Below, piece by piece: positions 11,902 through 22,918 of a DNA stretch of 64,000 bases. Position numbers and translations under genes: made by a program. The notes under the pieces were generated by a model, which worked only from the letters and a program-made list of their open reading frames with translations, had not been told where the DNA came from and ran no database searches. Every line of letters begins with the position of its first letter. The first letter of the stretch is position 1. Origin of the DNA: Anthoceros angustus. Lineage: Eukaryota > Plantae > Anthocerotophyta. The DNA is taken from NCBI GenBank assembly GCA_010909165.1, contig MU008172.1, positions 682,001 to 746,000 on the forward strand, read 5' to 3'.

Positions 11902-13715
11902 TTAGTCGCAAGAATTGCTGTGGTCCTTCCATCCGATGATTTCCGCCAGGTCGTTGGCAAGAGCTTCCTCGCGTCCCAGCACCGTGGTCACGTGGTTAGC
12001 TCTTGGGATGTGCTTGAGGCGAACGTTGGGAAAGCGATTGGCCAACTCAAGGCTGCACTTGGGTGGACACACAAAGTCGTTCTCGCCATAGATGGCCCAA
12101 ACAGAGCGGTCTGCTTTCTCCAGCACCCTGACGCACTTATCAACAACATTGGCCCCAGCGCACAGCGTGTTATGAAAGGAGTGCCAGCCTGAGTTATGTG
12201 TGTGGCGCGTGAAGTCCCGTATGATGGATTGTGGCAGCCTATTCTTGGGAACATGCCACCATGTGAGCGCCATGCAGAACACACCAAGACTCGCAATAAC
12301 AATCCGATGGAGGGTAGTGGCTCACCCGTGTCCAACCACCTTGGGCACCATAAAGAGGAGAAGCGGCTCCCACAGCCGGTGGTTCTTGCAGATGGTCAAA
12401 CAGGAGAGCCGTCCAACGTGCTCGTACCATGACATGACAGCGGAGCCAAAAATCCTCATGGGCCAAACCTTCTTGGGAGCCACTTGGCGCAAGAAGTAGT
12501 CGCTGCTGTCTCGTACTTCTTCTGGGGCCGGAAAGTAGGGCTGCAATGCACGTCACAAAGCACAAAGAGAGAGCCTCAACAGATAAACAAGGGCCTGCGG
12601 ACCAAGGAAGGGAAGGGAAGGGAATGGATGACCCACCGGAGCTATAAGAGTGACGGACTGCACTGCCCTCGGGTCCTGGGCTGCCAAAGCCAGAGCAATG
12701 AGGCAACCCATGGAATGACCCACGACGTGGAACTTTTCCACCCCATACTTGTGAGCAAGGGATCTCTTGATCATAGTTATCTGATCTGAAATTGTGTAGG
12801 TAGAGTCCCTGGGCTTGGGACTCCTCCCCCAACCAAGTAAGTCAGGAGCAAACAGTCGATACGAACGTCCTGTCGACTTGGAGAGGTGAGAGAGCACGGC
12901 ATGACTCCAGAAGGACGAGGAAGCGAGAAAACCATGAAGGAAAACCACATTGTTCGTGTCGGGACAGGCCACGCCGCTGATGCCGTTGCTGTCCAAAGCA
13001 TCTGACAACACCCCTTTGTCAGTCTACCCTTTTATCACACACACCACATATCATACCTCCAGCTTTCATTTGACGAAGGTCACCAACCTTCAACGTGAAC
13101 GTAGAGGTAATCATCTTCGCCTTGCCAGGAACGACATTCGTGGCAACTACAATCAGACCAACAGGTATGATTGGACACCTTCATGGTGGCAGACACCTTC
13201 CAACCACCCTTGCTTTCCAAGGCCCTGCAGCCACCCTTGCTTTCCAAGGCCCTGTAGCAACCACCCTTGCTTTCCAAGGCCCTGCGTTGCTCCAGGTCCT
13301 TACTCACAGATTCAGACAAAACCCAGAGAGAGGACTGCCGACTACCAAATGCTTTCCGATCACGGCCGTGTCTGGTGCCGTAGACGGTCTTTGAAGGGTT
13401 CTTGAATTGCAGACAATCCGCGAAATCATCTTTACCACTCACCTCCAGCGGCCCCTCCTTGCCACTCACCCCCTCCAGACCCACACTGCCGGAACCGGAA
13501 TCCACACATTCTGTGCGGGGTTGCTTATGGCAGTAACAAGACGAGCAATCTGGACACCAAATCGAGTCCACCACCGCAAACACACAGCAAAGTACTCGAT
13601 CAAGAACGTCAAGGTACGCAAACAGAACCAAGCTGCAAAGGTCCACCAGCAAGTCCCTTGCCCTCCACACCGCCCAATTGAGGCTCTGCGCAGAACAAAC
13701 GGCCCCCGGTGTCAT
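11902..13715 (-). CDS. BDG: BODYGUARD-like alpha/beta hydrolase (cuticle-associated), multi-exon
   Basis: N-terminal LVLFAYLDVLDRVLCCVFAVVD and HTCWSDCSCHEC, then VVFLHGFLASSSFW, DLLGWGRSPKP, GHSMG nucleophile elbow, HTHNSGWHSFHN and RANHVTTVLGRE (catalytic His). Confidence 0.9.
13204..13286 (-). repeat. Three-copy 27-30 bp coding tandem repeat (RALESKGG) in the BDG N-terminal region
   Basis: ccacccttgctttccaaggccctg occurs at 13204, 13231 and 13261. Confidence 0.9.
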
Positions 13716-14456
13716 CAGTCCCCAAAACTCAACGGAAGTCGATGCATTGCACTCCAATTGACCCAACAACCAGCGTTACCATGAAAGCCATGGCGCGCAG
13801 AGGCTAGGAGGCGGCGTGCAGCAGAAGCCCGAGCGGAAGAGCGATGGGAAGAGCAAGAGAAATGACATAGTGATGGAAATGGAGAGCGCAATTGGGGCGG
13901 AAAGGGAAGGCTAAGCGCATCTCTTGCTGGGGCACGCAGTTTTGCGGAGCATCCTTGTCGAAGGAGAGGCGGAGAAAAGTGGATGTCGTCAAGCCGTCAT
14001 CTCATGGCTAAGCACCGCTCTCCATCGGCCAAAACCAATTCTAACCCGTCAATGCCGCTTTGGTGGGCACTTAATTGCCAAATTCGTTTCAGACTAGGCC
14101 TCCCCTTTCCGCATTTGGTTGCCGGTGTCGCTGCGGGGGCTGCGGGTAGTGGCATGCCAGTCACTTCAGTGTCAAGAAAATGGTTGGCGATGTCTGCCGA
14201 CATAAAAACTACCCTTAACCATTTTCTGTCAAATCCATGTTGGTGGACATGGAAACCGGCTCTAACCGGGACAGTAAGCTTGCAAATAGAAGCTCCCCAC
14301 TCCCACCTCATGCCTTGCGGGCCGGAAGCAAGGCGCTTCTCAGAGTCCTCCATAGCTCGCCTGGCGGGCATCCACGTCGGCCGGAAGCCTGGGCTCGCAA
14401 CACTGTCTATTCGGGGCAGGTAGTTTCATGCTGGCGATGGCAACCGGATGCGATGC

Positions 14457-14532
14457 GAGAGGGAGAGGGAGAGGGAGAGGGAGTGAGAGTGTGAGTGCGA
14501 GTACGAGTGGGAGTAGGAGTGGGAGTGGGAGC
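14457..14532 (+). repeat. Degenerate GAGDGN hexamer (GA-rich) array upstream of the CTL-like gene
   Basis: gagggagagggagagggagagggagtgagagtgtgagtgcgagtacgagtgggagtaggagtgggagtgggag. Confidence 0.75.
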
Positions 14533-14595
14533 AGCGGTGCGGCAGCTGCGCCGTCCACGTAACAGCGCCCCGGCCCGCCTGCCTCCCCGGCTGTG

Positions 14596-15832
14596 ATGGG
14601 TGCCATGAAGCGCAGACGGAGGGCCGTGTGCCTGGTGCTGCTGGGTGCGGCAGTGCTGGTGCTGGCCATGGTGCTCACCACCGTGTTCGTCATCAGAGCC
14701 AGCTCCCAGGACACGAAGGTGGCGCTGGAGGACCCGGATGTGGTTCTGCCGCCCTGCGTTCCCCGCGGGTACCTCTGCTCCGGGCCCCTCTGCTGCAACA
14801 TGACTGTGGAGGAGGTGTTCACCAGCCAGGACTTCGACGCCTTCTTCCCCAACCGCAACTGCCCTACCTGCCACGCCCAGCAGTTCTACTTCTACTACAA
14901 CTTCATCCAGGCCGCGAAAATGTTCAACCGGAAGGGTTTCGGGATCCTCGGGGGCGAGGAGATGCAGAAGCGGGAGATTGCGGCATTTCTGGCGCACGTG
15001 GCGCACGAGAGCTCATGTGGGTGTGGATCTGGTTCTGCTCCTGCTGCTGCATTGGGGTTGGAATGGAGTGAGGCTGAATCGTGTTTGTTGTTGTCTTGTT
15101 TCCGCGTCCAGGCGGGTATACTGGAATAGGCTCCCTGGGTGGACCGTACGCCTACGGGTTGTGCTGGAATGTGGATCCCAACTTGGATAGCCTGCACTGC
15201 ACTCCGGATGTGGAGTACCCGTGCGTGCCCGGGGTCAGTTACCATGGGCGAGGAGCTATGCGTGTGTACGGGTAAGCAAGCAAGCAAGCATCCTAACCTC
15301 TTCTGTCTCTCCTCCTCTCCTGATGAAGTGTGATCGGGTACCTGGCTTATGGAGCTGCTGTGCTTGGCCGCAGCTGGAAGGGGTTCACTATCCTGCTGGT
15401 TTGACTGTGTCTGTGTGCGATGGTTGTTGGATAAATGGCAGCAACCAGGAGTACGGCTGGATTGGAAAGGGCTTGGGCTTGGACCTGCTCCATCACCCTG
15501 AGTTGCTTCAGAACAATGCCACTCTGGCGTTTGCATCTTCACTGTACAAGTGGATGACACCACGGCCTGGCCGGCCATCGTCTCACAGGGTTATGATGGG
15601 GGAGTGGAAACCCTCACAGAACGACACATGGGCGAACAGGGTCCCCGGATTCGGACTAACCATCAACATATTGGCGCACAGGGAATGTGGGCATGGAGCT
15701 GATACCAACATGAACGACCGCGTTGCTCACTTCAACGTCTTTCTGGGTTTACTAGGCAACATACCTTCAGGAAATCATACAGAATGTGGGAATCAAGGAG
15801 AATGGATCCCTCCTCCAGGTTCCTTTCTGTGA
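14596..15832 (+). CDS. GH19 chitinase-like protein of the CTL (CTL1/CTL2) type, 3 exons (introns ~15017-15111, ~15273-15440)
   Basis: CTL-type Cys-rich N-terminus CVPRGYLCSGPLCCNMT, then AAFLAHVAHESSCGY...GGPYAYGLCWN, YHGRGA, DLLHHPELLQNNATLAF...WMTP, WKPSQNDT. Basic RRRR plus a hydrophobic N-terminal segment. Confidence 0.88.
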
Positions 15833-16550
15833 ACTTCACCGATCTGCTACTTTTGTTTGGTGGAAAGGGGATGGTTCCTGCGGAAATTCATGTTCCTACT
15901 TCAGTATGACACTGGAGCTCCCATGACCTGGTCCAGCTGGATCGGTCCCAGCTCCGTGCCTGCTCCGTTAGCTGTATGTTGTATGTAGTACCATTTGATT
16001 ATCTGTGCCGCACATTTTCCCGGGGCGCACATGTGTATACTATTCTTTTGGGGGTATGGGACGCATCTGCGATTGAATGGAAGGGCTTTCCAAGCTCATT
16101 TCAGGTTCTTGGCGTCCACACTTCACCTTCGGTGGAAGGTTGTCGCGGCCAGACGCAACTGATCAATGTGGGGCATGTCCTCGGGATCTGATAGGTTTGC
16201 TGTGACCCCACGTGATTTATTTTCGCATGCCCCTGGCTCCAGAGTGTAACCTGCTCCACTATCTCACATCACCCGATTTTTCATTTGTTTTGCGTATGGT
16301 GCGCATAATAGGGGGCTGCAAAGTTGGGTTCGGCAGTGAATCGGGAGTCCCGTTTAGGGCGCGAAATAGGTTCGGTGTCCCATCCCGGGCGCGCGAGACG
16401 GGACCCCTTTCGTGTGCACCGTTTGTTGCAAATCGGGACCGCCAATTTATTGAATTCCCGTCTTTAGTCGGTTGGCAGTATCTTTACTTTAAATTGGGTG
16501 GTCTGACGCGTGCGTGCCTAGTCGCCTGCGTGCCCAACTTGGGACGGCAG

Positions 16551-16665
16551 CAGGTAGGTAGCCCTCATGGGCGAGCGCTCGTTGGACAAGCATCATAAAC
16601 AACCCATCAGGTAAGTAGCCCTCATGGATGAGCAGCTCTTTGGACAAGCATCATGAGCAGCCTAA
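16551..16665. repeat. Imperfect ~57-bp tandem duplication
   Basis: caggtaggtagccctcatgg...ttggacaagcatcat at 16551 recurs as caggtaagtagccctcatgg...ttggacaagcatcat at 16608. Confidence 0.75.
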
Positions 16666-16775
16666 ACAACCTTGGACATAGACCAGCCAAGTCCTTAAGG
16701 AACATGGAAAACCTTGGACAAGTTGGTATGGTAATTGAGTCAGCTAATTTGGTATGGCTTGATTCCTGAGGCATT

Positions 16776-17290
16776 ATAGTGACAATGTAGAGCCCTTAGA
16801 CAAGCAGGTCCTACTGTCCTCTAGCATCTCCATTTTGGAGGTTTTGTTCACCCCATTCTTGGCGTCTTTGATGTGTTGTGCGTCGCCATGTTGGGAGTGT
16901 TGTGGCATGCAGCCGTCTTTGATTCCCCATTTTGCAACCTTGTGCCTGGCTAACCTTGTGTGCAGAGTTGGGTAACACAAGTGGTAGAGTGGTGGTCGCA
17001 ATCGACTAAAACCTACGCCAAGCTAGTATGGTAATTCGATTAGCATGTTGTCAGGAGCTTGTCATGACAGGCTTGAGTCATGAGAGATTGTAGTGACAAG
17101 GTAGAGTCCTCAAAAAAACAGGTCTTGTTTTTCTCTAGCATCTTCATTTGGGAAGTCTCGTGCACCCCATTCTTCGGGTCTTGGATGTGTTGTGCATCCC
17201 CATTTTGGAGGTGTTGTGGGCATGCAGCTGTCTTCGATTCCTCTTTTAGGGCCTTCTGCCTGTCTAACCTTGTCTGCAGCGTCGAGTGAC
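16776..17290. repeat. Diverged two-copy tandem repeat (~310 bp period), probably a TE remnant
   Basis: tagtgacaatgtagagccc...ctctagcatctcc...caccccattctt (from ~16777) recurs as tagtgacaaggtagagtcc...ctctagcatcttc...caccccattctt (from ~17091). The minus-strand ORFs share DAQHI.D.KNGV..TS.M.MLE. Confidence 0.65.
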
Positions 17291-17456
17291 ATTGGAGCAA
17301 TCGCCCAATATTTCCGGGCGAAAAGATGGAACCCCTGGAGCAATTCTAGCCACACCCTAAGCTTCCCATGCATGGCCGTATGCACCGATGGCCCTTCCTT
17401 GCACAATCACTTTGTGAAAAGCATGGAAAAAAATGCAATTGGGAGAGCAATGCAAC

Positions 17457-17575
17457 CTTGCCAAAGCCAGAGCAATGAGGCAACCCATGACATAACTCAC
17501 GACGTGGAAATTTCCACCTTATAATTCTGGATAAGGGATCTCTTGATCATAGTTATCTAATATGAGATTGTATTG
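17457..17575 (-). pseudogene. BDG paralog fragment (3' part, ITMIKRS...MGCLIALALA) with a frameshift and a lost GHSMG motif
   Basis: gccaaagccagagcaatgaggcaacccatg...agggatctcttgatcatagttatct matches the intact gene at ~12683-12790. Confidence 0.85.
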
Positions 17576-17602
17576 GGGCAGATGATGGCCAGGATAACCA
17601 AA

Positions 17603-17760
17603 TGAGTTAGGTTGGGTGGCAATGGCCTAGGTAACCCATGGATTAACCCAATCCAACTCATGAATGGGCTAGGTTAGGGGTCGGGTAGACTTTTCAACCC
17701 ATGGCGTGGGTTGGGCTATTCTTGAAAACCTAGTCCAACTCATTATTCATTCAAAAATAA
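17603..17760. mobile_element. hAT/MITE-like terminal fragment
   Basis: Starts with taggttgggtggcaatgg and is rich in aaccca/gggttggg subterminal motifs typical of plant hAT non-autonomous elements. No TSD found. Confidence 0.45.
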
Positions 17761-18277
17761 ATGAAAAATATAAATTAAAATATTTCATAAAGGTTAGTTA
17801 AGTTATGGTAAACCCCCGTTCCATTTCTCTTACCCCTAGAGTGTATTGTCCTACCCGACAATACCAACACTAGTCTATTGGTGTTGATGTTGGGGAAGGA
17901 GTACGAGAAACACCCACACCATCAGACAACAATAGCCATTGAGAACTCCTCTACTAGCCGCCCTCCTGAGGCATTAGCTAGCACCTGTCAAGCATAAGTC
18001 AACACTACTCAAGGGAGATAAGCTGTATGTCCTACAAAAAATGGATTGATGTCAAAGATCGGGATCTACGTATATTGGGGGCCTCAAAGTTGAAGGCCAA
18101 ACCAAAAAAGCGGAAAACAAGATTTTATCGTTTGAGCAAGGTCGTATTTTCGTAAACAAGAGAGTGTATAAGGTGTTGCGGCGACGAGTACGAGAGCAGG
18201 GAGGCCAGAATGTGGGAGCGGCCACATTTTGTGATAGGCTCGACCCGCCTTTGGAAGCACATCCTCTTCCACCCTCG

Positions 18278-18952
18278 ATTTTGTGCCATGATTGCTCACC
18301 TTATTACTGCAACAAGCAATCCCAAACAAAATGTGCAGATTCTGGCAGTGTCGCTCGAGAGGTGGTGAGTGGCAAGGATGATTTCACAAATTGTCAGTAA
18401 TTCAAGGACCCTTTGGAGACTGTGTATGGGATTAGACATGGCCGTGATCGGCAGGCATTTGGTAGCCGACAGTCCACTCTCTGGGCTTTGTCCAAATCCG
18501 TGAGCAAAGGGCTTGGGCAAGGTGGTAAAGCCTTGAAGAGCATGGCTTGTGGGAAGGTGTCTTCCGCCAAGTAGGTGTTCAATCATACATGCTAATCTAA
18601 TTGTAGTTGCCACGGATGTAGTTCATGGTAAGCTTAAGATGATTACCTCTGCATTCAGGTTGAAGGTTGCAAGATGTTCGTCTTGCTTTACTTTGTCGGT
18701 GACATGTAAATGAGCATTGGAGGTATGTGGTGTATGTGATGAGGGTAGACTAACAAGGGTGTGGTCAGATTTTTGGACAACAATAGCGGGGTGGTCTGTC
18801 CAAACAAGAACAATGTGGTTTGACTTCATGGCTTGCTTGCTTCCTCCTCTCTTTAGAATCATGCCGTGCTCTCTCATCTCTTCAAGTCGACAAGATGTTT
18901 GTATCACTGCTTTGTTCGACTAGCTTGGTTGAGGAAGGAGTCCCAAGCCCAA
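18278..18952 (+). pseudogene. BDG paralog, 5' part with intron and multiple stops, truncated at GRSPKP
   Basis: Reads SILCHDCSPYYCNKQ...VSGKDDFTNCQ*FKDPLETVYGIRHGRDRQAFGSRQS...NHTC*SNCSC, colinear with 13000-13570 of the intact gene including its intron. Confidence 0.88.
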
Positions 18953-19354
18953 GGTGCTTGGGGCTAGAGCTAGGGATGGGTTAACTAGGTTTCCTCAAAC
19001 CCGGTCTTTCCCATCCAGTTTCCATTCAAGGTAATGTCAACCCAGTAATGTACCAAGCCACCCGGCCCTATATATAGTAAAGTTTACTTCACTTACTGCT
19101 CCAAGACACGTCATGTCCTACAAAAATGGATTGATGTCAAAGATCGGGATCTACGTATATTGGGGGCCTCAAAGTTGAAGGCCAAACCAAAAAAGCGGAA
19201 AACAAGATTTTATCGTTTGAGCAAGGTCGTATTTAAACAAGAGAGTGTATAAGGTGTTGCGAGTGCACGAGAGAGCGAGGAGGCGAATGTGGAGCGGCCA
19301 CATTTTGTGATAGGCTCGACCCTTTGAAGCACATCCTCTTCCACCCTCGATTTT

Positions 19355-20010
19355 GTGCCATGATTGCTCACCTTATTACCGCAACAAGCAATCCCAAACA
19401 AAATGTCATCAGCAAAGTCGCCGAGAGGTGGTGAGTGGCAAGGATGATTTCACAAATTGTCGAATTCAAGGACCCTTTGGAGACTGTGTATGGGATTAGA
19501 CATGGCGTGATCGTGCATTTGGTAGCATACCACTCTCTGGCTTTGTCCAAATCCGTGAGCAAAGGGCTTGGGCAAGGTGGTAAAGCCTTGAAGAGCATGG
19601 CTTGTGGGAAGGTGTCTTCCGCCAAGTAGGTGTTCAATCATACATGCTAATCTAATTGTAGCCACGGATGTAGTTCATGGTAAGCTTAAGATGATTACCT
19701 CTGCATTCAGGTTGAAGGTTGCAAGATGTTCGTCTTGCTTTACTTTGTCGGTGACATGTAAATGAGCATTGGAGGTATGTGGTGTATGTGATGAGGGTAG
19801 ACTAACAAGGGTGTGGTCAGATTTTTGGACAACAATAGCGGGGTGGTCTGTCCAAACAAGAACAATGTGGTTTGACTTCATGGCTTGCTTGCTTCCTCCT
19901 CTCTTTAGAATCATGCCGTGCTCTCTCATCTCTTCAAGTCGACAAGATGTTTGTATCGCCTAGCCTGTTTACTGACTAGCTTGGTTGAGGAAGGAGTCCC
20001 AAGCCCAAGG
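19355..20010 (+). pseudogene. Second copy of the BDG 5' pseudogene fragment (part of the tandem duplication)
   Basis: Duplicate of 18278-18952. Confidence 0.85.
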
Positions 20011-20029
20011 TGCCGGGGCTGGCTAGAGC

Positions 20030-20192
20030 TAGGGATGGGTTAACTAGGTTTCCTCAAACCCGGTCTTTCCCATCCAGTTTCCATTCAAGGTAATGTCAAC
20101 CCAGTAATGTACCAAGCCAGCCCAACCCAGCCTATATATAGTAAAGTTTACTTCACTTACCTGCTCCGCCGGGGGCACGGTCGTCATCCCTA
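20030..20192. mobile_element. 163-bp hAT-like MITE/deletion derivative with 8-bp TIRs TAGGGATG...CATCCCTA; a second copy starts at 18971
   Basis: tagggatg at 20030-20037 and catcccta at 20185-20192. The flanks (gctagagc / gcgggtgg) are not an 8-bp TSD. Confidence 0.55.
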
Positions 20193-21396
20193 GCGGGTGG
20201 CCAAGGTCATCCACATTGTGCTTCGAGATGGGCCAACTTTCAATAAGTGCGGGTCCTCAAAAACACTTATTGGGCCTGCATTACCAAGGCAATAGCGGAA
20301 GGCATGAAGTTCCTCGTGACACAGCAACTAGCCTCGGATTAGCAGCACGGTTTCAACCCCGTGGACTATGCCAAGGCTATAACAGAGATGCTGTGCAACC
20401 ACGCGCAACACCATTCTCACATCGATGTGGTCTTCATTTGTTATTTAAACACTAAGAAACCTCTGGGTGCAGAAAGCAAGAACGCTCTTTCCGTGAGTAG
20501 AAATTATCAGATGTCCCACATTTTGACTAAGAGCTAAGAAGATGCACCACTTCTAAAAACAGTCTAAAGACCGAATGGTTTGGCAGATAATAGCCCTGTG
20601 TAATGCGGGATTTGCCTCGTCTGCCTCCATTTCGATGTCGGTTGCCATGACCTACTAGCTGGAACCACTGGCTAGACTTCGGAAGGGAAGATAATGACTT
20701 AGGGTTACCTAATTCTATGGGCAACTCTATTAGTTGAAGGTGATAGATATGAGGTTATTGTCACGTTGGTGGTACATTATTGGATGTGGCATGTCATCCG
20801 CAACCAAGTGTTGGGTACTTGACAAACATTAATTTTACGTGTGTTTATGTGTAGACAGGGGATGTGTATGCAGCATGCGTTTCCCTATTGTGAAGCCCGC
20901 CAGAGCCGAATACCGGCAACGCTGTCCAACGTGGACCTATTTTGGGTAAGTTTCCGTCTGACTCGCCGAATGCTTCGTCCGAAAGCGCAGCCGTGGCGCG
21001 TGGTGAGCGCAGGAGGCAAGACGGTTCCTGTCCCCGTTATGTTGTATATGCAGGTAGGGACATGGGCTGCTGTTAAAAATTGTTGTCCTAGCAGCCGCAT
21101 GTGGAGATTGTTGACTCTGTCCCAGCTCGCTGAAGTATCCTCTTGGTATCTGAGTCCCGACCTGACCTGGGTTGACAATGACGATGGCTCCAGCTACTGC
21201 CCGCTCGCCACGTCCTTCCTCGACTGCACCCCAAGCAAATTCACAGGCCGCAAATCAGATCGCGCTGCATAGCACCATCGCACCCTGGCCCTGTCCCATA
21301 TATCGCGCCCACCTCGCACTTCCTGCTCGGGGCCTCTGTCTGCTTCGGCTCCAGTCAAGGAATTGGGCGCCTTGACATCACCCGTCGACGCCGCTC

Positions 21397-22628
21397 ATGG
21401 CCGCCACTTCTGCAGCAACCTGTGCTGCCGGCGTGGCCCTCGTCGTGCTCTTCCTCTCCACGCTTCTTCCCTGCTCCACCGCGGCCACCTTCGATGTGTG
21501 TAGTACTGTGCGCCGAATGTCCACCTGATTCCTCCCTCCCATTGCAGCCGAAAGGCAGGCCCAGGCCTGGGATTCAGCGTCTGTCTCACACGTGGTTGCC
21601 AATCTCGCTTGCGCAGGCAGGTGGGTCCGGGCCGAGGAGGCAGCTGAAGGGGACCAAAGCGGCCTCCATCGTTACCGAGGCCATCTACAACCAGTTCCTG
21701 CTGCACAGAAACGACCCCGCCTGCACCGGCAGCAACTTCTTCAACTACTCTGCCTTCGTCCAGGCCACCGAAACGTTCCCCAAGTTCGGAACCACTGGCT
21801 CCATCGCAACCCGCAAGCGAGAGCTGGCAGCCTTCTTCGGCCAAACCTCGCACGAGACCACAGGTGATGACAGATTGCCGGCCATGGCATCATCTAATGG
21901 CACTGTCCTGCTGGTCCGTTGCTTCCCTACAAGCTTGATGCATTACCATGCACGGTGAAGGTAATTGGTACGGAATCCATCGCAGGTGGCTGGCCTACCG
22001 CACCGGATGGCCCCTACGCCTGGGGCTACTGCTTCAAGGATGAGTTAGATCAGAGCTCCGACTACTGCCAAGCTTCCACAGAGTGGCCTTGTGTGGCTGG
22101 GCAGAAGTACTTCGGCCGTGGTCCCATTCAGCTTTCCTGGTACGTAACTTCTCTTGCACCGCTTGCCAATGCACCAGATGCCATGGCCGTTTGAGTCGCC
22201 TGTCCTTGCTGCACGTTTGCTCACAGCGTGTTGACTTGGGCAGGAACTACAACTACGGGCCAGCCGGAAAAAGTTTGGGTTTCGATGGGCTAGGCAATCC
22301 AGGCCTGGTGTCCCTCGACCCTTTGATATCCTTCCAGACAGCCTTGTGGTTCTGGATGACGCCCCAGAGCCCCAAGCCTTCCGCCCACGACGTCGTCACC
22401 GGGAAATATAAACCCACAGCGGCGGACATTGCTGCCAATCGCCTGCCCGGCTACGGTCTCATCACCAACATCATCAACGGCGGCTTGGAATGCGGCCCAG
22501 CCAACAACCCGGGAGGAGTGACAAATGCCTACCAGCTGGACCGCATCGGCTTCTACCAGAGATACACCGGCATCCTTGGCGTTGATGACGGCCCCAATCT
22601 CGACTGCACCTCGCAAACCAGCTTCTAG
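21397..22628 (+). CDS. Secreted GH19 class II chitinase (no hevein domain), multi-exon
   Basis: Signal peptide [24 protein letters not shown], then [19 protein letters not shown]...[11 protein letters not shown] (both catalytic Glu), [39 protein letters not shown]. Confidence 0.95.
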
Positions 22629-22918
22629 CGAGCTTCCAGTGGCACGCAAGCAATGTTATCTTGCAATTGTTTTTTTCTGGGAGGCATACCGGCCCTTGTG
22701 ACATGCCTTGCCATTGTTTGAGAGTGCAAATAAAGAAGACCTAATTGCGTCATGATATGTATCTACAACCTCACAACCTACGACTAAACCCCATTCAAGG
22801 AAACGCAGTTACCAACCTCCACCAAAGCCCCCTTCAACTTCAATGAGCATTGGGGTTTAGGGTTTTTCGCTAAACTTTCTGGCACAACCTGCACCGTTGT
22901 CTGGGATTGAAGGCTGCG

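Larger units (their letters stand above)
18027..20190. repeat. ~1.08-kb near-identical tandem duplication (copy 1 ~18027-19114, copy 2 ~19115-20190)
   Basis: Both copies begin tgtcctacaaaaa(a)tggattgatgtcaaagatcggg. Long stretches are identical; others differ mainly by short indels. Confidence 0.92.

Noticed and set aside
20841-21272. 143-aa ORF upstream of the class II chitinase as a hevein/chitin-binding exon or separate gene
   Set aside because: Cys spacing does not fit a hevein domain, the chitinase has its own signal peptide at 21397, and no family is recognisable.
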